DNA of 64,000 nt, taken from the NCBI RefSeq assembly GCF_964355755.1, contig NC_092680.1, positions 14,703,045 to 14,767,044 of the forward strand, given 5' to 3'. Each line of letters starts with the position of its first letter. The first letter of the stretch is position 1. The position numbers were made by a program, and so were the translations under genes. This document shows, piece by piece, positions 52,208-64,000 of the stretch. The stretch is from Antedon mediterranea. Taxonomy: Eukaryota > Animalia > Echinodermata. The notes beneath the pieces are model-generated. The model saw only the letters and a list, made by a program, of their open reading frames with translations. It was not told the origin of the DNA and searched no databases.

Positions 52208-52420
52208 ACAAACTGAACTGGAAGCGTCACATTAATACAATTTCCAACACAATCTCTCGATCTATAGGTATAATAAACAAACTCAAATTCACTTTCCCAC
52301 AAAACATTTGACTTTCCCTTTATAATACCCTAATCCTGCCACATCTTAATTATTGCAACATTGCTTGAGCTGTCACACATTCTAAACACCAAACACTTTG
52401 TCCATGGACTAGCACAGAAA
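52208..52420 (+). mobile_element. Second fragment of the CR1/L2 LINE (near-identical to 47340-47505)
   Basis: ctgaactggaagcgtcacattaatacaatttcc... match. Confidence 0.9.
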
Positions 52421-52942
52421 GGAGGTCAAATTTGCGTGTCAAAAGTGCGACTTATACACCGAAATATACGGTATATACTAGATCTGATAGGCAAGAGTCT
52501 TTGACCATAGGAAGACCTTTAACATCAGCATCGGCATCCTACAGGTATATTTGTCTTATTTTTCAAGTCATAAATTAACATCAAAATATTAACTACAGTA
52601 TATAGGGCATTGTTTCTAATGCTTAATCTTTTTAATTGTGTCTGCTGCTTTTGTCTTGATTTTCTTTGTAACACCTTTTATGGCTAATTGTTTATATCTC
52701 AGTTATAATTTTAATTTCAAATTTTAAGATCAAAATGTTGGATCATGGCTTCTCATTTGTTATTTGTAGTCAGTTTTATACTGTGATGAAAATGCGCCCT
52801 CTATCCATGTATAAAATGTAGTAAGTTCAACAGTTAGAACAGCGGTTGCTAGTATGTGATTGGCTGGCTCCTTTCTTTCAGGGGGGATGGGTTGACATGA
52901 TTTAAGAAGTGTACCTCTGTGGAATTAAGAAGGGAGAGAAAT

Positions 52943-53082
52943 GAGGGTGGTAATACGGGCTGGACGTGCTATTAATTGAGGGTGGTAATACGGGCTGGGT
53001 GTGCTATTAATTGAGGGTGGTAATACGGGCTGGACGTGCTATTAATTGAGGGTGGTAATATGGGCTGGACGTGCTATTAATT
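52943..53082. repeat. 35-bp tandem repeat x4
   Basis: gagggtggtaatacgggctggacgtgctattaatt. Confidence 0.95.
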
Positions 53083-53317
53083 CCGTTATAACTGTAGTAG
53101 TACTGGATTATTCATTCTTACGCGATGAAGGGTGAGTGTCAGTTAAAATATCTTAGGCTTTCAGTGAAACTTTTTAAAATAATTTGAAATAAAAATACAG
53201 AGCAAATGTCAATGCTGTTAGTATTGGTATCATTAAGTGGCTGGATCTCAGTAGTAAAATAAAATATGTTTAACCAAAATGATAAAAGTTTAGTTTTAGT
53301 TTAGTAGTTAGTGCAAC

Positions 53318-53780
53318 AGTTTAATGGCAAACATGGCTGTGGAATGTGTGAAGTGTCTTTTGACCGCGTATCTAAAGGAAAGGCAAGCGTATCTGTATAT
53401 GGATTCCTGCCAACGCACTGCCAATGGCATATACTATGCTATCCAAGATAACATATACATTGTATTTGATTATCTTCACAAGTGTTTGTTCTGGCTTGAT
53501 GAAGAGCATGCTAAAAGTGTTATTATTTGATCGCAGAAAACCGTGCTACATTGGTGATCACATGACCGAGCTGGATGCGCGTTTGTGTGCAATCAAACCT
53601 ACTGACTGTATTACTAGCCCAAGGCCGATTAAAGAAAACAAAAAACAGTCCTATTTAGTAATATTTAACAACTTTTCACTTTATTGTATGGTTTATATGA
53701 AAATATAAAAATAAACAATTATCTAATTTAAAATTCATTTTATCATATTTTTGTAGGAGTTAAAACACTGGCAAAATGAC
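53318..53780 (+). pseudogene. Second, more degenerate EnSpm/CACTA transposase fragment
   Basis: QQFNGKHGCGMCE, VFDYLH, ELDARLCAIKPTDCIT.PRPI, VKHW. Confidence 0.65.
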
Positions 53781-54099
53781 TGGAGAAAAAACAATGGGAG
53801 TAACTTTTTTTTACATTACAGTTAAAGTTGTTCCTCGTCATCCCAAGTTACAAAATGTGATTACGTTATGGTCTGATTTCCCCAAGCTTATTGAGAATAT
53901 TAGGAGTACTTTGAATGAAAGAGGGATGAATGATTTTAGAATGAAGGCACGGCAACGGGTTGAATTATATATCAGCAAACCTATGGTGGAAGAAGGGTGA
54001 CACCATACAGTATATGTTTTCCAAACAATATTAGAAAAACTCAATGACGACATCACTAAGAAAATTCACCATGGCTCTAATCACCATTAATATGGAAGC

Positions 54100-56626
54100 A
54101 TGAATGCAAATTATGCTGGGAGTAAACAGAATTGAGACATTAAAGCTGGAAAATAGAATAGTCGGGTCAAAATATGAAAATATAGGGCCTAACCCCCAAA
54201 AAATTACAAGAAAATGTTTTTTGATGAATTACAATAAAAAATGGTCTCAAAAAACATATATCAAAAGTTTACCAAATCGGACTACCGCAAAGGTTCAAAA
54301 TTTGACGTTAAAAAAGATGGCCGCCAATTTTTGAAAATCGGTAACCGCTTGTAGTAGACAGCTGTATTTGGTGTCAAATTGTTCAAAATATATATGATTA
54401 TATTTACACTTTTTGAACATTTTGTTGAAACATGACCGGAAATTCCATTTTGTGACCTTTGACATATATGGCATGATGTTTATATATCTACGTAACTGCA
54501 AATCACAGAGTCTTGATATTGGTGTCAAAATGTTCACAACATACATATTTATATTTACCCTTTTTAAACATTTTGTTGAAACATGACTGGAAATTCCATT
54601 TTGTGACCTTTGACCCATATATGGCATAAAAAAATGTTCATATCTACGTAACTAAAAACCATAGAACCTTGATATTGGTGTCAAAATGTTCAGAACATAC
54701 AAATGTCAACAAAAGGAAGAATTAAAACCATCTATAGCACATTGGCCTCTGATATGATATCAATGAGTTAAAAGCTGAACAGTTACAGATTAAATCAAAG
54801 TAATTGGAAGCAATAACAAGGGAGAAGTAAAACAATGCAAACTAGCACGTTTACAAGGATTAAAGCAAGGCGGTTAAAGGGCGAGAAACTTGTAAGAGCT
54901 GTGGTGCAATAATGAAAACAAAATATAATGGAATTCTTCTTGAACATGCCTCAAATCTTGAGCAAGCAAACTTGAAGAAATGATGAAGAAGTGAAAAAAC
55001 AGAATGATGTAGACGTAATATGAACATGGACATTACAATGATAAAATAGTTAAATTATGGATTTATTAAACAACAACAACAAAGTATATTGATGGAGCTA
55101 GAAATGCTATAGACCCTGGTGTTTAACAACTTGGAAGCTTGGAGGCAGAGCCGTTATCAAATATACACATGGATTAGAACTGCTTGACAAATTCAATCAT
55201 ACATTATATCTAGATGGAACGTCTAAAAAGGAGAAAACTATGGCACAGTCGGAATTGTCACGATTCAAACATCTACCAAAAGTTATGGGAAACTGGGAAC
55301 AATGATGGCAAATCAACAGATGAATTAATTATCAAATTTTAAAGTAATCATTCACCACAACCATTATACAGGCTCTGCTGAAGAATCTACACCGCATCCA
55401 CTTTCTGTGCGTATAATTTCCGACGAAAGACAAAAACTGTGAACAAAATCCAAATACTGTACAAACCAAAGATGACACAATTAAACTTCTCGCTACAAAA
55501 TATGGCAACAAGAATCATAAAAACATCTGAACTCTCCATCGAAATGTAAATGTGCATCAAATATTCCCATTCCAGATTTTTGTTGGAAAAGTGTGTGGAG
55601 CATTTATACAAGGACGAAATTACAAAGGAGCAGAAGAGTGGTATGTCGGAACAAACAATTAAACTGAACGTCCACAAACCTGGCAGTTATTACAAATAAA
55701 GATTCCTCTATATTAATCTGTAATCAAGTTAGGAATAATTTAGGTATTTTATATTTAACAATTTTTACAAAACACTACATTTGAATCTTCAACACGCTGT
55801 GTGTCTAAGTGCGTAAAAGCTGATTATAAAACACTGCCAAATAATCAAGGTGTGGAAAAATTGCCACCAACTTCTGGAGCACCAGCACATACTACGTCCA
55901 CATCTCCAGGTCAATATAGGTATTGACCCAATAATTCCCGATCCATATGCCAAAACTAGGCTGGTTTATAGAGAACGGCAAACTAAGACCAGTATTCTCC
56001 GAGAAGCAGTTGTGGAGCTAATACGGTGTTCATGTTTAATAAGTACATGTTCCCATAATACATGCACGTGCAAGAAAAACAATCTACAATATACCGAGAT
56101 ATGTAAATGCGAAACAGACGAGAATAACTGCCACAGTATATGACCATTGTTTGTCTACATACGATTCGGACAGTGAAAGTGATGACGAAAGTGACGACGA
56201 ATAAGTAAAGTAATTAAACACAAATATTAATATGTTGTTATGTTGGTTCTGTTAGATAAAAACCAATTTTATTATGTGGCCATTTCAGATAAAAATGGCG
56301 TCCATGTTGGATAAAATGGCGGCCATTTTGGTTGAAATGTCAGCTATTGTTCTGTTACACAAATGATGTGAAATATTATTTGAACATTTATTGTTACTTA
56401 TATGACTGAATTTCTATCTCGATAACATCTTTTAATGCCATAAACTTACAATATTTTGTTTTAAATTGTCAAAAATGACGGCCATTTTGAAATTGAAAAT
56501 CCCCTTGCCTATGAACACAAAATGAGCAAATACTTTTTGGATTCAGTGATGTCTATTCTACAACATATCCAAATTTTATCAAATATAGCAAAAAAAAATG
56601 CAACCTTCCAAAATATCCTAGACTAT
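54100..56626 (+). mobile_element. Degenerate Academ-type element with C-terminal CXC motif
   Basis: QGVEK/VWKNC...EAVVELIRCSCLISTCSHNTCTCKKNNLQYTEICKC plus acidic tail; aaaatggc(g)gccat subterminal repeats like those of the 27073 element; ends ..gacta. Confidence 0.65.
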
Positions 56627-56649
56627 ATCTCCTAGTTTCCACTATCTAT

Positions 56650-57500
56650 ATTTATGAACTCTTTGACCAGTTATTAGTACATTTGATTTTTCAAAATTAA
56701 AAGTTTCCACATTTTTGAAAAGTTACCAGCAGCATTTAAAAGTTGTTCAAGATCATGTGCATTTTCACAGATTAAGACAACGTCATCAGCCCAGAATAAA
56801 CTTCCAATCTGGGTGTTCCAATCTGGGTGTTTAAAAAAAGAAAATTTCTTTTTTTAATTATGTTGTTCAGTTCATTCATATGTATAGAAAATAGAACTGG
56901 TGAAAGAGGACATCCCTGTCTCACACCTTCATTTATATCAAATATATCTGTTTTAACATCATTAAAAATAACATTACATTTCACACTAGAGTACATGTTC
57001 TGAATAAGGTTTAGGAGTTTTCCCTGTGTCCCAAAATTTTTAATTTTGTCGCCATACTGAGTCAAATGCCTTCTTAAAATCTATGCCTTCAGCCTGTCTT
57101 TTAGCAAGAATACTTTTCAAAATAAAGATATGGTCTTCACATCTTCGATCCCGTCTAAACCCTCCTTGAACTTCAGTTAAAATACTGTGTTCTTCTAAAA
57201 ATTCAGACACTTTTTGAGAAATTATTTTGCTGAATATTTTCCTACGCATGAATTGAGGGGTTATACCCCTGTAGTTATTCAGGTCATGTTTTATACAATG
57301 GGATAATACAACCTTCATTCCATTTGTCAGGAACAGATTCAATTTCAATTAATCTCTGAAATAACTTGTGTAGAGATGATACCATTCCATCTCCCCCATT
57401 CTTAATAATTTCATTTGTAATTGAATCTGCTCCAGGACACTTATTATTCTTGGAGTCAGAAATAGCAAAACTAACATCTTTATATGATCTATACATACTT
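56650..57500 (-). mobile_element. Non-LTR retrotransposon RT fragment (RTE/RTEX-like)
   Basis: KCPGADSITNE, NYRGIT, QGGFRRDRRCEDHIF, DFKKAFDSV, GVRQGCPLSP, FWADD. Confidence 0.88.
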
Positions 57501-57764
57501 GTGGATATACCTGGTTAACATTTATATCATTATTCTTTTCCTTAACATTACCTTTGTAATTTCCTTTACATACGTAATCAATTTTGTTCTTTTTCGCATT
57601 TTAAAAGTTTGACGTTTCGTCCTAAAAAAAAGTGGGCCAAAACGTCCATCGCGCAAAAATATACCTCCATAAAAAGTAAAAAAAAAAAAAAGCGTCCCCC
57701 CGCCCCTGAAAATTTATGAGGGTGTGATATTTTTTTATTTGGCCTTTATTGGGAACAAATAATT

Positions 57765-58172
57765 ATCCAGTAATTTTACAGCAATGTTGATGTAAATTTA
57801 CGTCAACTTTTAGTTAAAATTACCAGCTTCGACGTAAAAATACAGAACAGAGATTTTAAACCGGTAATTTACAATTCCGTTGTAATTTTATATACAAAAT
57901 ACCGTAAAAATAAAACATCACGGTTGGGACCGTTATTTTTAAAGTAAAATTGATTACGGTGAATGTAAAATTACAGACATCTGTAATTTTTTAGTTAAAA
58001 TTACCAGCTTCGACGTTAAAAAACAGAACAGAGATTTTAAACCGGGAATTTACAATTCCGTTGTAATTTTATATATAAAATACCGTAAAAATAAAATTTC
58101 ACGGTTCTTACCGTTATTTTTACAGTAAAATTAATTACGGTGAACGTAAAATTACAGACATTTCTTACAGTG
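57765..58172. mobile_element. CACTG-ended (CMC-type) MITE end with ~182-bp tandem unit
   Basis: ttttagttaaaattaccagcttcgacg repeated at ~57807 and ~57989; terminates ..acagtg. Confidence 0.6.
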
Positions 58173-59176
58173 TACATACAGTAGTTTTGTAAAAAAATAA
58201 TGTCAAAGAATTTAAAATTGGCGTATTCGATTGTGACTTTAATGAAATAAAACCTGTATACACAACATTAGAGTACTGAGGCCAATGCTAACTGATTTGT
58301 GATAGGCCTACTATTTTTCTTGGGAAAGAAACATAAATCCTCCTAATTACCAAGCGGTATCAAATAGAACCAAGCCCTATGCAATACATTACCAACAAAA
58401 TAGAGGTTATATTTAGAGTGTTATTTGCGGGGGCCAATGCCACATATCAACAAATACGTAATAAGAAATGAAAATCCCTATGGTGAAACTTTCCATTTTC
58501 AGCTTGATATTTGACCTACTAGTCATATGAAATTGAATAACGTGTTCCCATACAGCTACGAACCTATCCTTTAAAATCAACATTCAAATCAATATTTCAG
58601 TTTAGGAACGTGTACCTACCTCAATTATAATTATCGTCTTCTTCAGTCGTTCTCTCGCTGCCACTGTATACAACTGAATGGAATTCCTCAGCAATAAATA
58701 GGATCATAGACTGGCAGATAAGTACTTATTTACGGTATTTGATTGGTTGAGAGTATAATTATGCAAATTGAATTATCTATTTAGATGCCGTAAGAGTACT
58801 TGTTGAGTAACGACCCGACCCGAGACATTATAACCGACCCACTCTACCCTTGTGGGTGGGGAAAGGCTTTATCTAGAGCTCTAATAGTGGATCGTTACTG
58901 CCTTTACAGTATTCTGTATAACGCCAATTATGTATAATTGTATTGAAATTCCACTTTAATTAAATAATTGGATTTAGAAGAGAGTTGTTACCCTCTGGAT
59001 TCAGTGTTACATTGGTGTGTCAATTCTAATGACTACAGTATACACTTTTTTCCATGTGTTTACAAATATACACAAAGGAAATAGTATATTATACAGCATC
59101 TGGAATATATATGAATAAAACTTGATTTTATTGTTACAAAAACCGACTATAAAAGAAAACTCTTACTTTGAATTAA

Positions 59177-59437
59177 AAATCATACAAAGGGTTTATTACA
59201 TAGGAAGGCTACTGTACATTATAAATCATAGAAAGGGTTTATTACATAGGAAGGCTACTGTACATTATAAATCATAGAAAGGCTTTATTACATAGGAAGG
59301 CTACTGTACATTATAAATCATAGAAAGGCTTTATTACATAGGAAGGCTACTGTACATTATAAATCATAGAAAGGCTTTATTACATAGGAAGGCTACTGTA
59401 CATTATAAATTATAGTAAGGGTTTATTACATAGGAAG
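59177..59437. repeat. 46-bp minisatellite, about 5.6 units, interrupted by the hAT element
   Basis: aaatcatagaaagg(g/c)tttattacataggaaggctactgtacattat. Confidence 0.95.
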
Positions 59438-62400
59438 CAGGGCTCGCAGAATCGCTTGCCCGACGTCCCGCGGCAACCCAAAAAATACGTCGGGCAATTA
59501 AAACTTAACATGTCATGTCCCGACGGGCAACCTCTTAAAATCACCGAAAATCCACGATGTTTTACAGGCGTTGTGAAATACTGCAACAATGAAAATAATA
59601 GTCGCGTACGAACGAATTCTCTTGACGTCGAGACCAGTGTAGTGTTTGTTTAGAAAATATGTGCATCGGAATTCGGTGGTATGGAACGTTATCTCCAAGG
59701 GCCAAAAGACGATCAGACGACTGTACATGTGTTTCTATGCAGAGTCGGGCGTATCACAAGTCGTTGCGTTAGAGTTTCCAGGTCTGTCAATTAGCATGCG
59801 GTCTCTCGCGGCATCCATTGATCGCGAAATAGGAAGCGTTGAACTCTCGGCTTTCAACTTATTTGAAGTTATACAATACACCGAATAGGGCTAGTATGTT
59901 TTTGTTTTATTTTACGGTGGTAATAAAATCTGAATCTACTACTTCGTATTAATTACGTGGCCTACAGCCTAGATAGTAGATTAGGCCTATGTTTAATTAC
60001 ATTCATCTTATGTATTTTGTTTGTAATAAATAATTTGCAGAATAACTGTAATTATTGTTCAAATGTACAGTTGTATTGAAAATACAGTATATTATTAAAT
60101 TATAATAAATACGTAATCTTAATCGTCTGTGCCAAATAGGCACCGGGAGGAGTTGGATTCGGCGGCCGATGTTTTTAACACAGGCAAGTACCATTTTTTT
60201 TTTTATTATTACAGAATATACATTTAATACAATAGGCCTAATGATTTATTTCCATTGAATATCTAAATAGTTACACAGTTTTATTTATTATCAACATTGT
60301 AAGTGATAGTTAAATTAATAAACTTCTTCAGGTATCGTCGAGAGTTGAACTTTTAATGAACTCCAACTTGGCCGAGCACGTGGCTTTCACTGCAATTCGG
60401 CACAGTTCCCTCGCTTTCGATCAACGACTTGTGCGAGCAGATGGTTGTTTTCATCCAACCTGTGCGAGCTTCTACTACTGAAACAACAAGTAAACTTCCA
60501 CAAGCCGCACACTCTCCACACCCACATGTGCTCCTATTACGTACGGCAGCTGTTGCGAGGTTTTTTGCTATACGCATGCGTATTGTTTCACTACGTAGAC
60601 GGACGTCATTTGATGTTTGTTTTTTTTTTTATTTTCTTCTCTATGCTTCGACAAGCGCTCATCACCTTCGTAAGTACTTTGTTTAAACTTTTTAGGCCTA
60701 GGCCTACATTTCTATAGGCGATATTTTAGATTAATTTATTAAATAATTGTAGAATAATTAGTGCCAGGTCTAGGCCACTACATTTTTAATATCGCAAAAT
60801 AGCTTGATTAGGAATGTCGTTGCACAATAGAAGTAAAACGTCACGCGCGTAGGCTACGTAAAAAACAACAAATCACGTACGTATGCGTTGTGGCGTTTTT
60901 GCTCCCAAACCCACCGATTATGCGCGCGTTTGCGACAACGACGATAAAAACCTTATTGCGAGTCCCAACCGTCGTCCCAATTCAGTATGATTGATTAATT
61001 AATCTAGGCCTACCCAAAGTTGTTTTGCTTTTTCGGTGTATATAGGAGATGCCGACATTGTTTTGAGGTACCGCTGATATTAGATACTCATCCTATATGC
61101 GTTGAGCTACTGATAGCTAACTTAGAAATAATTCTTGATTGCTTAGTCACTTTTATTTTGTCTTTTGTTGCGAATGGTTAACACTTCTATATCTTCTATG
61201 ATTTTCATTTCAAAATGAGTTTACTAAAATATTTCAAGCCGACGTCGTCAACTGATGACGATACTGACAGCACTGGTCAACAGCCTAGTACTAGTTCTAA
61301 ACGACCGCAAGCTGATAGAAAGAAAGAATATGAACGTACAAAGAGGAAGCGAGGATTTTTGCCAAAGTGGACAAAGGAGTTCACATGGCTCGAATATGAC
61401 CATGCATTACAACTTATGTATTGCCGTGTGTGTAAAGATTGCCCAGACAAAGCAGACACTCAGAGTTCATTTTACTTGGGATGCGACAGTTTCCGTAAGC
61501 TTTCGATACAGACACATGACAAATCCAAGTCGCACTTGATGTGCGTACTAGTGAAACGTGCCAAGGAAAACCCAAAAGATACTTCAATGGGCAAGGCTAT
61601 TGCAAAGATTAATGCAAGTAATTTTGAAATTTTAAAGAAACTGTTCCGCACTGCGTATTATGTGGCAAAGGAGGAGATAGCATTAGCTAAATTCCCAGGT
61701 TTGTGTAAGCTTCAGATGGCAAATGGAGTGGAATTAAAAAACACATATATTAACGACCATGCATGCGGTGAATTCATCAAAAGTATGGCTCATGTCCAAA
61801 GAGAAAAAACAACTGAGGAATTAACAGCTGAAAACACAAGATTCCTATCTGTTCTATCAGATGGTAGCACAGACAGCGGGATAATTGAGCAGGAGATTGT
61901 GTATGTTCGATACCTTTCCAATGGATCTCCGGAAACCAGGATGGTGAAGATAGTGGACGTAAAACATGGCCATGCAGCAGGTATCCTTGATGCCATTGAT
62001 GATGCTGTTGCTGGTGTGGGCATTTCGCCAGACTTATGGGAAAGCAAAGTGATTTGTGCCAACTTCGATGGTGCAAGTGTAATGATGGGGGATGTTAATG
62101 GAGTGGCAGGTAGACTGAAACGGAGAATACCACACATCGTAATTCTGCATTGTGTTGCCCACAAACTAGAGTTGGCAGTATTAGATGCTATTAAAAAGCT
62201 GCCATTTCTACTTGAATTTGAAGAGACAATTAAGTCGGTATTCAAAATGTACTATTACTCACCAAAGAAAAGGCGTGAACTAAAGGAGATTGGACGATTA
62301 ATCGAGGAAAAGGTAGCCCACTTCAGTGGACTTAAATCAACAAGATGGGTGCCAAGCCGCCTAAGAAGCCTGAAGGCTATTGAAACCAATTATGCAGCAA

Positions 62401-64000
62401 CAATCATGCATCTGGAAAACATGTCCACATCACAAAGAGGTGAAGAAGCTGCCAAGGCCAGAGGCATAATGAAGGCCATGCAAACCACTAGATTTGTAAA
62501 ATGTCTGCATTTCATGATCGATTACTCTACAATTCTAGCCAAATGTAGTGAGGGTTTCCAGCATGAACAAATATTCATAGGACATGTTAAAGAAATCATA
62601 CAGTCCACTACATCAAAGTTGATAAGGCTCAAGACAGTGCCTGGAGAATCATCAGCTATTAGCTCAGTGACCTTTTGACAGGTAAATTATATTGTTTTGT
62701 AATTATTTATGAGTAATGATTATTATAAATATAATATAATAAAATAGGATCAATTTATTTATCATAATTTATTGTCTTCTTCAGGTGAAAATCGGCAGAC
62801 TTACAAGGGAGTAAACCTCACCAATAGACGGCAGTCTCGCTTGATCCCTGAAGCTATCCCAGACAGCAGTGATTTCAGTAAGGTCTTGGATGATACTGTT
62901 AAGTACCTTGACGCACGATTTGCAAACTTCGACGAAGAACCATTGTCTTGTTTCGATATATTTGATATTTCGAAATTGCCCCATGATAGGCAGGCAGTGT
63001 CAACCTATGGCGACAGAGACATTGAAATGCTTGTAAAGCATTTTGAATCTGTGTTGACAGATGATGAAATTAAAGCAATCCCTGATGAATGGTCAGATTT
63101 GAAGATTTGGATGTCAGCCCACAGAGGAGTTGGACGATTAATTGATTTATATGGAGATCTTATAAGAGAGAATCCACCTCATCTGAGTAAAGTTCTTGTT
63201 TTGTTGCAGGTCCTTCTCACTCTAAGTCCATCCACAGCTGCTTGCGAAAGGGGGTTCTCCACTATGAATCGAGTAAAAACATGCCACAGAACCTCCCTAT
63301 TACCTGACACATTAAACAATCTAATGCAAATATCTGCAGATGGATGTAAGGTTGAAGAGTACTCCCCAGATAAGGCAGTAGAACATTGGTTTTTCTCTGC
63401 TAAAGGTACAAGACATCTTGAGCACAAGACCCCAGCAAAATCGAATGTTGTGGTTGATGAATCAGAATCTGAGGAGGAACAACATAGGCCTATTTTTGAA
63501 GCAGCAGCAGAATTTGAATCTGGATCAGATGAAGAAACAGATTCTGATTTTTAAATTAAAATGTCACGTCCTTAAGTCTCCAGTCTCGCTACAACTAAAA
63601 AATACATTTATGTTGTTATTTTTAAAAACCAATTAGTTTTAACTTTACGTAATTATAATAAACAATTACGTTATTAAAGTACTTTTTATATTATATCTAA
63701 CATAAAGAAAAGAAATGTATACAAACCCAATATTACAATGGCTCAATCCAATACTTTTTTCCAGCTACTTTTGTAGAATATAGTTCAAGTTAGTTCTGTA
63801 ACTTTACATGCATGGTTTATTTTTTTTTATTTTAGATACTGAGTGTAAGTCACTCTCACTGTGTATTTGTGTTTATAAACTACTGTAATTAGTTTATTAA
63901 ATTGTACCTTTTTTTACATGATATTTGTGCAAGACTGTTTCATTTGTGTAAACTCAAATTATAGTAAAATTTTGGTAAAACGTTGAAATTAAGTTAAAAT
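59438..64000 (+). mobile_element. hAT DNA transposon (runs off the window)
   Basis: 5' end cagggctc.. with cccgacg subterminal repeats; contains a transposase. Confidence 0.85.
61215..63554 (+). CDS. hAT transposase, ZNF862-like; two exons (61215-62681, 62785-63554) with an apparent frameshift/stop just before the intron
   Basis: TTF-type Zn finger (WLEY..MYCRVC..HDKSKSH), SDGSTD, NFDGASVM, HCVAH, STRW, STAACERGFS dimerisation domain. Confidence 0.88.

Noticed and set aside
59177-59437. 46-bp repeats as a CRISPR array
   Set aside because: Head-to-tail units with no spacers.
62676-62678. TGA readthrough/selenocysteine in the hAT transposase
   Set aside because: Readthrough would still leave a phase mismatch at the intron; an indel is the simpler explanation.

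Overview
AT-rich eukaryotic (animal) genomic DNA with GT-AG introns and abundant TAGGCCTA low-complexity tracts. A marine invertebrate, possibly an echinoderm, is an inference only. One clear host gene is present: a 9-coding-exon minus-strand FAM172A/ARB2A orthologue (9369->3422, 674 aa by my splice reconstruction) with an unusual ~300-aa C-terminal 8-residue repeat. The rest is a dense, nested graveyard of transposable elements: a Penelope-like element with hammerhead relics, at least 6 Gypsy fragments plus solo LTRs, two LINEs, tRNA-derived SINEs, Academ, hAT (nearly intact ZNF862-like transposase), EnSpm/CACTA, MULE, Harbinger, IS3EU-like, Ginger-like, piggyBac/Kolobok-type MITEs and an unclassified DDE-like transposase, plus several minisatellites. 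The least-explained items are two diverged, intron-containing RPA-like OB-fold gene remnants, a Gypsy element with a 3' C2H2 zinc-finger ORF, and the FAM172A repeat tail. There is no CRISPR array, rRNA or convincing true tRNA. All family names come from motif recognition by eye, not database searches.
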